DNA from: Macrostomum lignano
Lineage: Eukaryota
Direction: 5' to 3'
Assembly: GCA_002269645.1 (NCBI GenBank)
Contig: NIVC01003215.1
Span: forward strand, 1 to 64,000
DNA: 64,000 bases
Shown: piece by piece, positions 37,701-50,210 of the stretch
Numbering within the stretch: the first letter of the stretch is position 1
Layout of the letters: each line of letters begins with the position of its first letter
Position numbers and translations under genes: made by a program
The notes under the pieces: model-generated
The model's input: only the letters and a program-made list of their open reading frames with translations
What the model was told of the DNA's origin: nothing
Databases searched by the model: none

Positions 37701-40700
37701 TGGGCTTAATTATAAAATCGATTTATATTGGGCCACAAAACTAGGCAACACAAATCTCAACGCTATACCGAACAGAGAACCGCAGGAAAGTTGAACTCAA
37801 TGACAAGAGCTAAGATATTTTTCTGAAATCTTTCAATTCAATAATGTTTTTACATAAAGGCTTACTTATAGGAAATTCTTACATTAACCCGTCAAATGAG
37901 CATATGAGTGGTTAGTTACTTTATCTCAGCCATAGACGGTCTTTTGGTGGGCTATGAGCTTAACAGAGGGACTTACTGGCGGTGTTATTTTGTTTCACAC
38001 CTCCCTCCACACTTTGCCAGGCAAGGACAAGCAGGTATTGCTCCAATCCAACCAGGTTATCTCTCTGCTGTCGCCTAGCAACCGCTGCTGGATGTACACC
38101 GCCTGCGGCAGCTCCGAATCGGACCAGAAGCCGAAGCTGCCGGCCTCTTTAGCCGACAAATATATGCTGTCCAAGCAGCTCGGCGAGGGCGGCTTTGGCG
38201 CAGTTTATCTCGCCTACGAGATTGGCACCTGCGAGCCATGCGCAATCAAAATTCTGAGCAAGCGGGACTTGTTCTACTTAGGCAATGTGAGTTTTTTGTG
38301 TACTTTGTGTGTTTCCCCTAGCGATTAATGTATCTCCCCTAGTGCTTTATGTGTTTTCCCCAGTGATTGATGTGTTTCCCCAGTGATTGATGTGTTTCTC
38401 CCTAGTGCTTTATGTGTTTTCCCCAGTGATTGATGTGTTTCCCCTAGTGATTGATGTGTTTCCACTAGTGATTGATGTGTTTTCACTAGTGATTGATGTG
38501 TTTTCCCCAGTGATTGATGTGTTTTCCCCAGTGATTGATGTGTTTCCCCTAGTGATTGATGTGTTTCCACTAGTGATTGATGTGTTTCCACTAGTGATTG
38601 ATGTGTTTCCACTAGTGATTGATGTGTTTCCACTAGTGATTGATGTGTTTCCACTAGTGATTGATGTGTTTCCACTAGTGATTGATGTGTTTCCACTAGT
38701 GATTGATGTGTTCCCCTAGTGATTGATGTGTTTCCACTAGTGATTGATGTGTTCCCCTAGTGATTGATGTATTTCCCCAGTGATTGATGTGTTTCTCCCT
38801 AGTGCTTTATGTGTTTTCCCCAGTGATTGATGTGTTTCCCCAGTGATTGATGTGTTTCTCCCTAGTGCTTTATGTGTTTTCCCCAGTGATTGATGTGTTT
38901 CCCCTAGTGATTGATGTGTTTCCACTAGTGATTGATGTGTTTTCACTAGTGATTGATGTGTTTTCACTAGTGATTGATGTGTTTTCACTAGTGATTGATG
39001 TGTTTTCCCCAGTGATTGATGTGTTTTCCCCAGTGATTGATGTGTTTCTCCCTAGTGCTTTATGTGTTTTCCCCAGTGATTGATGTGTTTCCCCTAGTGA
39101 TTGATGTGTTTCCACTAGTGATTGATGTGTTTTCACTAGTGATTGATGTGTTTTCACTAGTGATTGATGTGTTTTCCCCAGTGATTGATGTGTTTTCCCC
39201 AGTGATTGATGTGTTTTCCCCAGTGATTGATGTGTTTCCACTAGTGATTGATGTGTTTCCACTAGTGATTGATGTGTTTTCCCCAGTGATTGATGTGTTT
39301 TCCCCAGTGATTGATGTGTTTTCCCCAGTGATTGATGTGTTTCCACTAGTGATTGATGTGTTTCCACTAGTGAATGATGTGTTCCCACTAGTGATTGATG
39401 TGTTTCTCCTAGTGATTGATGTGTTTTCCCCAGTGATTGATGTGTTTCCACTAGTGATTGATGTGTTCCCACTAGTGATTGATGTGTTTTCACTAGTGAT
39501 TGATGTGTTTCTCCTAGTGATTGATGTGTTTCCCCTGGAGATTGATGTTTCCCCTAGTGATTGATGTGTTTCCACTAGTGATTGATGTGTTTGCCTAGTG
39601 ATTGATGTGTTTTCCTAGTGATTGATGTGTTTCCCCTAGTGATTGATGTGTTTCCACTAGTGATTGATGTGTTTGCCTAGTGATTGATGTGTTTTCCTAG
39701 TGATTGATGTGTTTCCCCTAGTGATTAATGTTTCCCCTAGTGATTAATGTGTTTCCACTAGTGATTGATGTGTTTTCCTAGTGATTGATGTGTTCCCCTA
39801 GTGATTGATGTGTTTCCACTAGTGATTGATGTGTTTGCCTAGTGATTGATGTGTTTCCACTAGTGATTGATGTGTTTTCCTAGTGATTGATGTGTTTCCC
39901 CTAGTGATTGATGCGTATCCATTTCCAATCTACCGCAGGTCTCCGAGATTGACCGGGCCATCCAGACGCAGGAGGTGAAGAACCTGATGACGATTCAGCA
40001 TCCCAACATTATCCAGGTGATAGAGTTTATTAACGAGACGGAGGAGGCCTTCATCGTTCTGGAATAGTGAGTTTGACTAAATGGAATTGCCGTTGTGTTG
40101 AGATTTGAGAATGAAAGAAATTTATATTGTTGCTAAGGGGAGAATTCTAGCCATTAGGAACATCGTTGCCAGGGGGAGAACTCATTGTCACTGGGAATGT
40201 CATTCTGGAAGCCAGTGTACTTTTATCTTCAACTTTCCAGCATGGCGGGCGGCGACCTGTACGATAAAATTAGCGAATGCAAAACCCTGTCGGAGGCTCA
40301 GGCCAAGCACATTGGCTATCAGCTGGCTGATGCAATTCTGGTTCGTTGAAATCTAGGTTTTTCAACTTTTATTTAATCTGCTATTTCATTACGAGATGTC
40401 AAATGATTTTTACAATTTCACTCGAATTTCAATTGCGCTCCAGCATCTGCATGAGAACAACATTACTCATCGGGACATTAAGGTTTGTTTAACGTTTATT
40501 TTGTTATTGTTGTTGCATTTCCCTGTTACCTAGACCATCGGAGCAGTCCTATCTGAGTCCTTGACCATCGGAGCAGTCCTAACTGAATGGTTGACCATCT
40601 GAGCAGTCCCAACTGAGTCCTTGACCATCTGACAGTCCTAACTGAGTCCTGGACCATCTGAGCAATCCTAAATGAGTGGTTGACCATCTGAGCAGTCCCA

Positions 40701-42225
40701 ACTCAGTCCTAGACCATCTGATCTGAGCAGTCCTAACTGAGTCCTGGACCATCTGAGCAGTCCTAAATGAGTGGTTGACCATCTGAGCAGTCCCAACTCA
40801 GTCCTAGACCATCTGATCTGAGCAGTCCTAACTGAGTCCTTGACCATCTGAGCAATCCTAAATGAGTGGTTGACTATCTGAGCAGTCCTAACTGAGTCCT
40901 TGACCATCTGAGCAGTCCTAAATGAGTGGTTGACTATCTGAGCAGTCCTAAATGAGTGGTTGACTATCTGAGCAGTCCTAAATGAGTGGTTGACTATCTG
41001 AGCAGTCCTAAATGAGTCCTTGACATCTGAGCACACGAGTAGGTTTGAATTCCAACAAGCCCGCTGCCCACCCGCAGCCCGAGAACGTGCTGCTAGTTGA
41101 CAAAGACGCCGACATGCCAACCGTGAAGCTGACAGACTTCGGTCTCAGCAAGCTGCTACACAGGGGCACCGTGCTGCGCACAGTCTGCGGCACGCCGGGC
41201 TACACTGCGCCCGAGATCGACTCGCTTGAGGACGAGCAGAGCTACACAAATAAGTGCGACGTCTGGTCGCTTGGCGCTTTGCTGTTCACATGGTGAGAGC
41301 ATTTTTATGTACTGTAATTACCACACAGCCCACGCCAAGTCGAGGGTTTAAAGAGGATCGCTTAGCCCAGTGGGAGTTCACCTGCAAGTTAAGCATGAGT
41401 TGGTTGCGGTTAGTACGCATCAGAATAGGTTGCTTGCGTCACCGCATCAGCGTCTAATCTGAGCCCCAGTTTGCCCTTCTGTAATAGGGTTGCAGCTTAT
41501 GCGATTTAGAAAGTCAGGGCCACTGTACAGTGTACACCCTGTGTGAGCGTGTGTATTTCCGCAGCTTGTTCGGCCGCTCCTACGATCGCGATACCGATGC
41601 GGAGCTGCTAGCTCTGAGAGCTGCCGCCTCGACAGAACTGCCAGATTCGCCGTCCGATGAAGCTTCGCCGTCAATCGCCGTGTCGCCGTCAGTCGCCAGT
41701 CTCTTGCTGGCCATGCTGGAGCCGCTGCCGGAGCGACGCCTCTGCATGGCCGACGTGGTCGCTCACGATTGGTTCGCCGACTGCCGACTGGGGAAGGCGG
41801 ACAGCTCCACCGCCGCTGCCGCCACCGCTTCCACCGGTGACAGCGTCGAAGTGAATGGCGGCGACACCCCGCAGTCGCAGTCCGACGTCAATTGCCAAAA
41901 GCCGTCGCTCTCGTCTGCGCCAACCCTGGAGGCTGCGGCTGCGCATTCGGCCTCGCCCGCAGTCTCCGCGCGCAGCAAGAAGCGGCAGAGCAAACGGCTG
42001 AGCGCCGCCGCTGCCACCGCCAGTCCGCAGCCTCAGTCGCCGGCGCGCTCCTCGCGGCGCAAGCGCGGCCGGCAGGAGGTCGACAACTCCGCGACGGAGG
42101 AGGTGCAACTGCAGCAGCCGCAGCGGGACGAAAACAGAGGTGAACCGGAGGTGGCCGCCACGCCGCTGGAGCCCGAAGCTCCTCAGGCCAAGCGCTGGCG
42201 CGGCTGGGGCTGCCAGCTGCTCTGA
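34791..42225 (+). CDS. chk2: CHK2-like FHA-domain Ser/Thr kinase (about 9 exons)
   Basis: N-terminal TQ and SQ dipeptides. FHA motifs WGRLL, VGRGSSC..ISTHHF, DHSTNGTFV. Kinase motifs GEGGFG, CAIK, HPNII, THRDIKPEN, TDFGLSK, TVCGTPGYTAPE, CDVWSLG. The splice junctions checked are GT-AG and in frame. Confidence 0.88.
35565..37650. repeat. 70-73-bp intronic minisatellite, about 29 copies, in two main variants (GACAC vs GATTTT)
   Basis: Period 73 (35581 to 35654); lies in the intron within the chk2 FHA domain. Confidence 0.95.
38320..39912. repeat. 21-bp intronic minisatellite (TGATTGATGTGTTTCCCCTAG), about 75 copies
   Basis: It occupies almost the whole intron between two kinase exons. Confidence 0.95.
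40534..41030. repeat. 30-bp intronic minisatellite (TGACCATCTGAGCAGTCCTAACTGAGTCCT), about 16 copies
   Basis: Direct inspection; lies between the HRDIK and PENVLL exons. Confidence 0.93.
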
Positions 42226-43319
42226 GAGGAAGATTTCTAAAGAAGTTTCACTCGAAAAAGCAACATATTGAACAAAAATGTGTCCCAAATATGTGCGTCG
42301 CTTTATTGTTTTGCTTTAAATTTGTCTGCTTTATTGTTGTGAAATTCTCACCGAGTACCCGCCATTTCGCAGCAGCTTTTCTTGTCGTGTTTTTAATTTT
42401 TATCCTCACCTTTTCTCTCACTCTCTCACAAGCCAACCAAAAGTTATTTTCTCTGCGCCTGATTTCGCGTTTAACAATTGAAATTTGTTTTATTTGTGTG
42501 CGTTTTTTTTTAATTCACAGTTTAACAGTCATTTTTGTTTCTAACACAGAGAGTTGAGCCTTGTCAACCCAAATCAGTTTTGTCACCGACTGCCGCTCCA
42601 AGAGTTGGCAACTGTTTTTAACTTGTATTTTTAGTGTCTAAACCAAAAAAGCAAGATATTATTGCATGGTAAAACTAATAATTCGATTTTTCTATTATGA
42701 GCTATACAATGACCAATGCAAGTCTGTCCAAACTCACTTTTTATATTTTCTATTTGTTCCATTCTGTATTGCTCGGCCCTGCCAAATTTGAGCTTCATGT
42801 CCTATCCTGTCTACTCGCGCATCGGCCGTATTCAGTAGTAGTTTAGAATTGCAGCAGCGCTCTCGTAATTGGCTGACCCGGTTTCTTGTATTCTGTTTTT
42901 AATTTCTGCTCGCTTTCTAAAGAAATTCCTTTTTCATTGTCCCCCTTTTTGTACCGCACTTTTTTGCTTTGTCCGACTGTCTTTTTACTGTAATCGTACT
43001 TGTCCGTCTGCCGCGTTACTTTTATCGAATAGTAAAACAAACTCGATAGAGAAAAAAAATGCGGATTGCGAAAATCCTGCTCAAAAAACTCCTCTCGCTT
43101 CTCCAACTGCTGAGTTGAAAGTGAAATCTCCGGCTTGCCTGACTTCGTCTTGTTCATTTTGGGTTCGTACTTTGGATCTTCTTCTGCCGCTCCCAGATCT
43201 AGACGATCTAAATTTCTTTATTTTAATCATTTACCTGTTCTGTCATAGGTTCAACATGTTGGATAAAATGAGTAATGCACTGCGGTAGAAATAAAAGTAC
43301 ATATAAAAAAGCAGTCTCG

Positions 43320-46300
43320 CTACTGCCAGTAAGCGATATGCAAACTTGTTTTTGACTGGCCTCGATGGCCTTGGCCAATCAGGTTGCAACTTTCGGCTGT
43401 GTTTGGCGGTGGCTGCTGCACCGGACTCGGTGACCGGAGGGTCCGCTGGCTGCGGGCGCTGCTGCAGGGGCTGCTCCCTGAGACCGGGCTGGCCCTCGGC
43501 TGCCTGATGCCGCCTCTCATGAGTTCGTGATCGTCGGCCATTAGTTGAGGCGTCGGAGTCGATGGCGGCGTTGTCTCAGACGCCGCCGCCGCGCTGAAGT
43601 AGGCGCTTCGCACGCGGCTCCGCAGGCCGCTGCTGTACAGGTCGTCGGCCTCGACGCCGCCAAGGATAAAGTCGGCGTTACTCGTCGACTTCATCGAAGC
43701 CGTGGACGACGTCACCAGAGTTCGTGGCCCCGGCGCCGCCATCAGATGGGTGGAGCGCACCAGCTCCTCGCCGCGGCGCCTGCGCGCGTCCAGCATCGGG
43801 TGCAGCCGGCGGGCTCTTGCGGCAGCGGCTCCCGCAAAGCCGTCCATAGCCGTCTCACCGCCGCCATCGAGCTGGACGCAGCTGAGCTTGGCTCGGCTGG
43901 TAGCCAAGCTGGCGGCTCCTCTGGCCGTGGCAGAGCGCGCATTACAGGCGGAGCTGAATTGAGCGGAAGGGAAAAGCCGGCGAGGCCGCGGCGTGCTCCA
44001 CTGCGGCAGCTCGAGGCGCACGTCGATCAGCTGCATCGGCCGAGTCTAGCAATGAGAGTGGCAGATGTCTCTAAGAATTATAGCCGATCGTAGATGGCCT
44101 TGAGAAAAATACCTAATTTTCAACTAGTGGACTGTTTTAAGTATTTCGAGTTCCAGGGACTTCATTTCCAACGATTTCAGTTCCAAGGATCTCAGTTCCA
44201 AAGATCTCAGTTCCAAAGATCTCAGTTCCAACGCTTTCAGTTTCAGTTTCCCCAAAAGAGGAGTTACACAGTACACGTATTTTTAAATGACGATTTGCGA
44301 GTGCCTCTGTAAACTGTACAGACCTGCTCCCCATTGGTGTTGGGACTCCGCTGAGTCTGGCTGGTCGTCGCTGCCGTGTTGGATGCGTCGCCACCGCTCG
44401 ACTGTTGTCGCCGCTGCTGCAGCTGCTTCTTTGCATCTTCGGCAGCGTCCGCGGCCGGAGCAGTTGCCGCAGGCAGCGCCGTTCCGGCGGAAGTTTTAGG
44501 CCTCCGCTGCACCAGCCCGAACGGCAGCGGCGCCAAAGTCTGCCTGCCGGACATTCGCCCGGATGTCGCAGCCTCCTCCAATCGGGCCGTCAGTCGGCCG
44601 CCGCCGCCGCCACCGATCAGGTTTCCGACTTCGTTGGTTTGGTGCGACTGACCTGCGAGTTGCGACCAGCGGCGGTTCCACTGACCAAGCGGCCGCACCC
44701 GGCTCGCGCCGCTGCCGACTGCGCCGACTCCGCCTCGAACTGTTGGGGCTGCCGACGCCGCTGCTGCTCCCAAGCTTGACGCCCGTGGGCTGTGGGTGAT
44801 TCGAATGAACGGGGTTAATCTCTAGTTTTCGAGCTTTCCTGTAAGAAAAGTATTTTAACTATGACTTTAGACAGCTAGAGCAGGTAACGCAGCCAACGGC
44901 ACAGGCGCTACCATTGCGCAGAGCATCCAAGGCCGCTCTGTAAAGCTGGTGCAGTGCTGGCAATCCTTCATTTTTATTGAGCTGCTACATGTGCCTTACA
45001 GGTATCCCATACCAGCAAGGTGAACCTGCTCGGTTCATATCCCAATCTCACCCCATCCCATTCCATCCTATCCCATACCATCTCATCCCATCCCATATTA
45101 TCCCATCCCATCCCAAACTATCCCATATCAGCCCATCCCAGCCCATTCCATCCCATTCCATCCCAGCCTAGCCCATTCCATCCCAGCCCAGCCCATTCCA
45201 TCCTATTCCATCCCATTCCAGCCCATCCCATCCCATCATATCCCATCCCATCCCAGCCCATTCCATCCCATCCCATCCCATCCCATCCCATCTCATCCAA
45301 ACCCATCCCATCCCAGCCGATTCCACATCCCATCCTATCCCATCCCATCCCATCCTATCCCATCCCATCCCATCCCATCTCATCCCATCCTATCCAATCC
45401 CATCCCATCCCCTCATACCCCATCCCATCCCATCCCATCCCATCCCCTCATACCCCATCCCATCCCATCCCCTCATACCCCATCCCATCCCATCGCCTCA
45501 TACCCCATCCCATCCCATTCCATCCCATTCCATCCCATCCAATCCCATTCTATATCCCATCCCATCCCAATCCATAATTCAATAATCGCTCGCTAAGGTG
45601 CTAGTCTGGCGCCCCCCATGCGTTTATGACTGTCAGTGGACCGCGCGCGTTTAATCGCCATTTTTTATTCACTCCACGTGCCTGCTGGCCCTCAATTTCA
45701 ATAAAATACTCAAATCCATTAGCAGCGCGGCCCGATGCAATAAAACTTTGAACTGCTCTGCTTGACGAGCTGCCAATAAAATTGAATTTTATGACAAATT
45801 AAAGAATCTGCACTTTTGTCGCGGAATCCACTTTGAAGTTTTCTTCCCGTTTTCCTCTCTGGGCCTCAGTATTCTGTGCAGCCTCGCCATCAGTGAAATT
45901 CATTTTTTTAAATCCAATTCAATTTTTCTCCTATCATGAGGAAAGGCGACAGCTCAGCCAGGCAATTTTTTTATAATTTTCATTAATTCCTGGATTGAAT
46001 TTTCCAGGTCTGATCTGGGATGTGTTGTTGCTCTGTTGGGTTAATGGTTAATGGGAGTTGCTATGGTTACCGAGATTTTGTTATTTGTAACAGCTTCCTC
46101 TCAGTGCGGTATTAGTTTGCGCTCACAGAACGCGGCTCACCTCAATCCGTTGGCTGCGCTGACGTCGCTGCCTGTCGGTCGCCCCTGCAGCCGCCTGCTC
46201 AGCTGCTGAGCTCTTCTGCTGCCGCTAACCTGGAAGCCTCCTCCGACAACGCCAACAACGCTGGCGATGGTGAGGCCGCTGTCGACAGTCGAGGTCGCCG

Positions 46301-46400
46301 CCGTCGTGGCCGCAGCGGACGAAGTGGTCGTCGGGAGCATCGGCACGTCCAGCTCGAGCTGATGAACACCCACTGTTGAAGCGGCTGCCTCAATCATCGT
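43320..46400 (-). CDS. Multi-exon gene encoding an unrecognised low-complexity Ala/Ser/Arg-rich protein
   Basis: Three GC-rich ORF segments join in frame through canonical splice sites: 46141 AG|gtgag...cag|C CCA, and GAG CAG|gt...tag|ACT CGG. No domain was recognised, and the start and end are uncertain. Confidence 0.6.
45040..45575. repeat. Degenerate (CATCC)n / (GGATG)n pentanucleotide satellite, intronic
   Basis: Direct inspection. Confidence 0.95.
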
Positions 46401-47854
46401 CGTTTCGATGTAGAAAGTCTCAAATAGCCCCAAAACCAATCACTTTGAGGCCATGCAGCACTGTTCTGTTTGTGCCGAGAGTCTTTGATTCCAGTTCGAA
46501 TCTCTGAGCTCTGTGTATGCCGTATATGCCTACAGCTAGTGTTGAAAAGCTGGGAAGTGGTATAACACTCTTGCCTCGATGAGGCTCACAAGTGCGCTTC
46601 TTGTGTGGCCAGACTCACAGGGTCCTTGGTTATTTTTAACAGCTTCCTCTCAGTGTGGTATTAGTTTGCGTTCACTTTCAGCTGATGGCGAGCGAACCGC
46701 ACGCAGCTGGGACAGCTTCAATTCTTTATTGTGCACTCTGAGGACCTGGCGGCTCGCCCTCCTCGGCTTCTACTGGACCACGCAGTCCTCAGGGCCAGCT
46801 CTCACTCAGCCATTGGCAAACCAATCCGCCCTGCTGGGCTTGCGCTGAAAATGCAAACAATGCATCAATTAAATCGCTCTCGGACTCGCTTGCCTTGCTT
46901 CTGCCAATTTTTAACTTGGCATGGTTTTTTACGTTCTCTTCAACCTGCGAGTTTAGCTTATGTAAGCTTTCTCCACTCCTGACCCTTGGAGGCTCGCAAC
47001 CAGCACTTTGCACATGCTTGTATGGTACGTAGTTAAAGTGTGATATGAGATGCAGCTGCAAAACGAGCCCTACGAATATAAGGGGAGAGGGCAGTGATAG
47101 AGTCTAATTAGCGGCAGCAGGTCCATCTAATTGAGATTCAAATTGATGAGATTGGTTGAGCTGGTGAAGGCTTGGTAGGAACGCGATATATTTAAATATA
47201 GAATTCGAGGGCCTATATTGAACGAAATGCATCAAGTGTACATGTACTGCTTTATTTTTGATCTACAGCCAAATCGATCGCTTGAGTTTATCTAAGTGCC
47301 TTGAATATAAATTCTGCAAGTACATTACATTTTTGTGGTCAGCCTAGCTACAAATGCATGTACATATCACATAAACACATAGCTCGGATCTGTCCATGGT
47401 ACATGTTGTTCGATTGTATAACTACATGTACAGATATATTGCTCAATTTATAATTACTTATGAATCGGAATGAAACGAATGAAGGACGGAAATAACTCTT
47501 AGCGCAAGCTCGATCATAAAGATCAGCGGCAGTATACTAATTTTTCGATGCCTTTATTTTTCCAGTTTGATCCTGATTTCATCAGAAATCATCAGTTTTA
47601 AATGCCAAGGACTACTCACGTTAATATAGTCCTTGGAAAAGGCCTTCATATGCTTATGATGAAATTGTAAAGCAGTGCGCTTTAAAAAACCTGTGTAAAT
47701 ATTACCATATTTACTTTTGCTTAAAAATGTATGCTGTGTGACTAAGAGCTTCGTCAATGATTATGTTTCTTGCAATTTTTGTTAAATTTAGTACAAAAAT
47801 CAAATGATTCAGCTGATGAAAGAAATACGCCGATGTTGATGATGATTATTATTA

Positions 47855-48516
47855 GGCAGTGCTTATCCCCACGGTACCGTAGGAATAATTTCTGTCTTAT
47901 TCCAACGGTACCGTGGGGATAATTTTCTGCTTATCCGCACGGCACACTGACGAGATAGCTGCCTATCTTCTACATATGCCGTGGGTTCATAATTTAGTTT
48001 AGTACTTACGGTTTGAGTGCAATATAACAACATAACTTTGCTTGGCTATTATTTTGATAGAAGTAAAGATTTAATGGCCTTTTTACGCAAAAAAAACACT
48101 TTTTTGTATTTATGACGTATGATTTAAGATGAATTGCTCTAGTAATTGTTTACAATTTAGGAACTTTTAGCAACTAGTCTAATCCCGACATCCCCGAAAA
48201 GTCCATTGCCGCTGCTTCTGTAGACTTCTTACTAGACATGTAAATTCTCAATTTGTTTGTATAGATTATTGCATTGCTTCAACAATTCACCCGTGCGGAT
48301 AAGCAGAAAATTATTCCCACGGCATATGTAGAAGATGGGGCAGCTATCTCGTCAATGTGCCGTGCGGATAAGCAGAAAATTATTCCCACGGCATATGTAG
48401 AAGATGGGGCAGCTATCTCGTCAATGTGCCGTGCGGATAAGCAGAAAATTATCCCCACGGTACCGTTGGAATAAGACAGAAATTATTCCTACGGTACCGT
48501 GGGGATAAGCACTGCC
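47855..48516. mobile_element. PIF/Harbinger-like MITE, 662 bp, long TIRs, TTA TSD
   Basis: GGCAGTGCTTATCCCCACGG...CCGTGGGGATAAGCACTGCC with inverted arms over 100 bp. TTA lies on both sides. The right arm has an internal tandem duplication of about 72 bp. Confidence 0.85.
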
Positions 48517-49528
48517 TTATTATTATTATAGTTATGATGGAGACAGACGGACAAAGAATTGAAGAAGCCACGATCATGTGCATTTGTCTTTGCACTACTA
48601 ACTAGGCCCCTATATTGTCTACACGGTTAGATAGTTACAAATGAATAAAATAGGGTGCAAACCATGGCATGAATTTGGCTTTAGCTTCAAGTTTAAGTTC
48701 AAATCTTGACTTCATCATACTCGTAATCGTAAGACTAGACTAGAGGGTAAAGATCCCAAAAAGGATAAAGCATAAAAGGATGATTCCATAGGCCTATTTT
48801 GCTAAAAAATTTTTAGTCCTTTTCATTTTTAGGTTTCTGCCAAAGGGGGCATGCAGGCAATAAAGGTTACTAGGCCTAGGCCTAGGCTAGGCCTAGTAGG
48901 CCTAATTTGGTAAAAAAAAGGTCATTTTGATAATAGAAATTTTAGCATGATAGTAATAGTATGTCTAGTTTAAAGCAGGGAATCAATAGCAATAGGCCTA
49001 CAACTTAAAAGTGGGTAATCTAGTTTTAAATAGAAAATTTAAGTGAAAGGGTCAAAATCAATTGGCTTACTGGCTAGGCCTACCAGAGCATCTACAAATT
49101 TGTACACAAAAATTATATAGCTGATTAAATCCTGTTGTCTGTTGATAAGGGTGCTGGACACAAATGAGGCAGAATATGGCCTAGCCAAATATGCTATGTT
49201 ATTATGTAGTAGGCTAAAGTGTAAATTTTGGCATAGCATTTTCTCAGTGATTGAAATTAAAAGTTATGCAATAGCATAACATATCTATTGCATCAAATGA
49301 ATGGAGTTGATGCAAGTGTTAGGAAACTAAGGAGAGGTGTGGCTTTAACTATTTGTTGATAATATAGTTAAGTAGCATGTGTCATCCTTCTGGCTTTTTT
49401 CAATAAGAAGGAGAGATATGACCCTAGCCTAACTGGTGAACTATCATTCTAGTCTGACTTATATATAATAGGCCTAGGATTGATATAGATCTAGATAGGC
49501 CTATTTAGTCTAGCTAACAAATATATAG

Positions 49529-50210
49529 GCATTCTTTCGTCTTATGATGCCTACTATGCATTTCAATGAGACGGCCCCTATTTGTTTTATAATGCCCATA
49601 GAAAGCATATGGCGTAGGCATGATGGTGTAGTTTCTGTATAATTTTCATTTTATAGCTATATATGTATTTTGTATTTGTATACTTGATGGATTGTTGTTC
49701 GTTAATGAAAGTCAAGCTATATATTCCATTTCGTTTTACAATGCCGCAAGTGTTAGAATTGTACATTGGGCATCGTAAGACAAAAGTGAGGGGGGGGGTT
49801 ACTTCGGGTCCTTAAATTGGTTTACTACTTCTTCAGCCATGGCTACAAAGCGCCCACTAGGATCATTCTTATAATTGCCCACCAGGCCTATAATATCCAT
49901 TTCGTTTTACAATGCCCCAGATGTTGTAATTATTCATAAGGCATCATAAAATGAAACGGATTATAATGGCTCGATAGCTTCAGTTGCTAATGAGGGCAGA
50001 CATAACACAATGTTAAAGCGCATGAGTCGTGACATTTCCATGGAAATATAGTCAGAAGTACAAACCAACTGTGTGACTCAATTTAAGACCTCTGAAACAC
50101 TATACTCTTACGTCGTAAAGTATACATTTTTAAAGCCTTCTTGCTTATTTAACATGGGCATCATAAGACAAAACAGATATAATTTTGGGCATTGTAAGAC
50201 GAAAGAATGC
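49529..50210. mobile_element. MITE with about 23-bp TIR (GCATTCTTTCGTCTTAYRATGCC) in TA-rich flanks
   Basis: Inverted termini and repeated internal GGGCATYRTAAGAC / TTACAATGCC motifs. Confidence 0.65.

Noticed and set aside
42843-43205. Extra terminal exon of the orphan gene (ORF 42843-43157)
   Set aside because: An acceptor is present but the joining frame could not be established, and the composition is UTR-like.
47810-47830. Hammerhead ribozyme core (CTGATGA...GAAA)
   Set aside because: There is no room for stem II and no flanking helices. Other CTGATGA hits (near 805 and 31520) also lack the fold.
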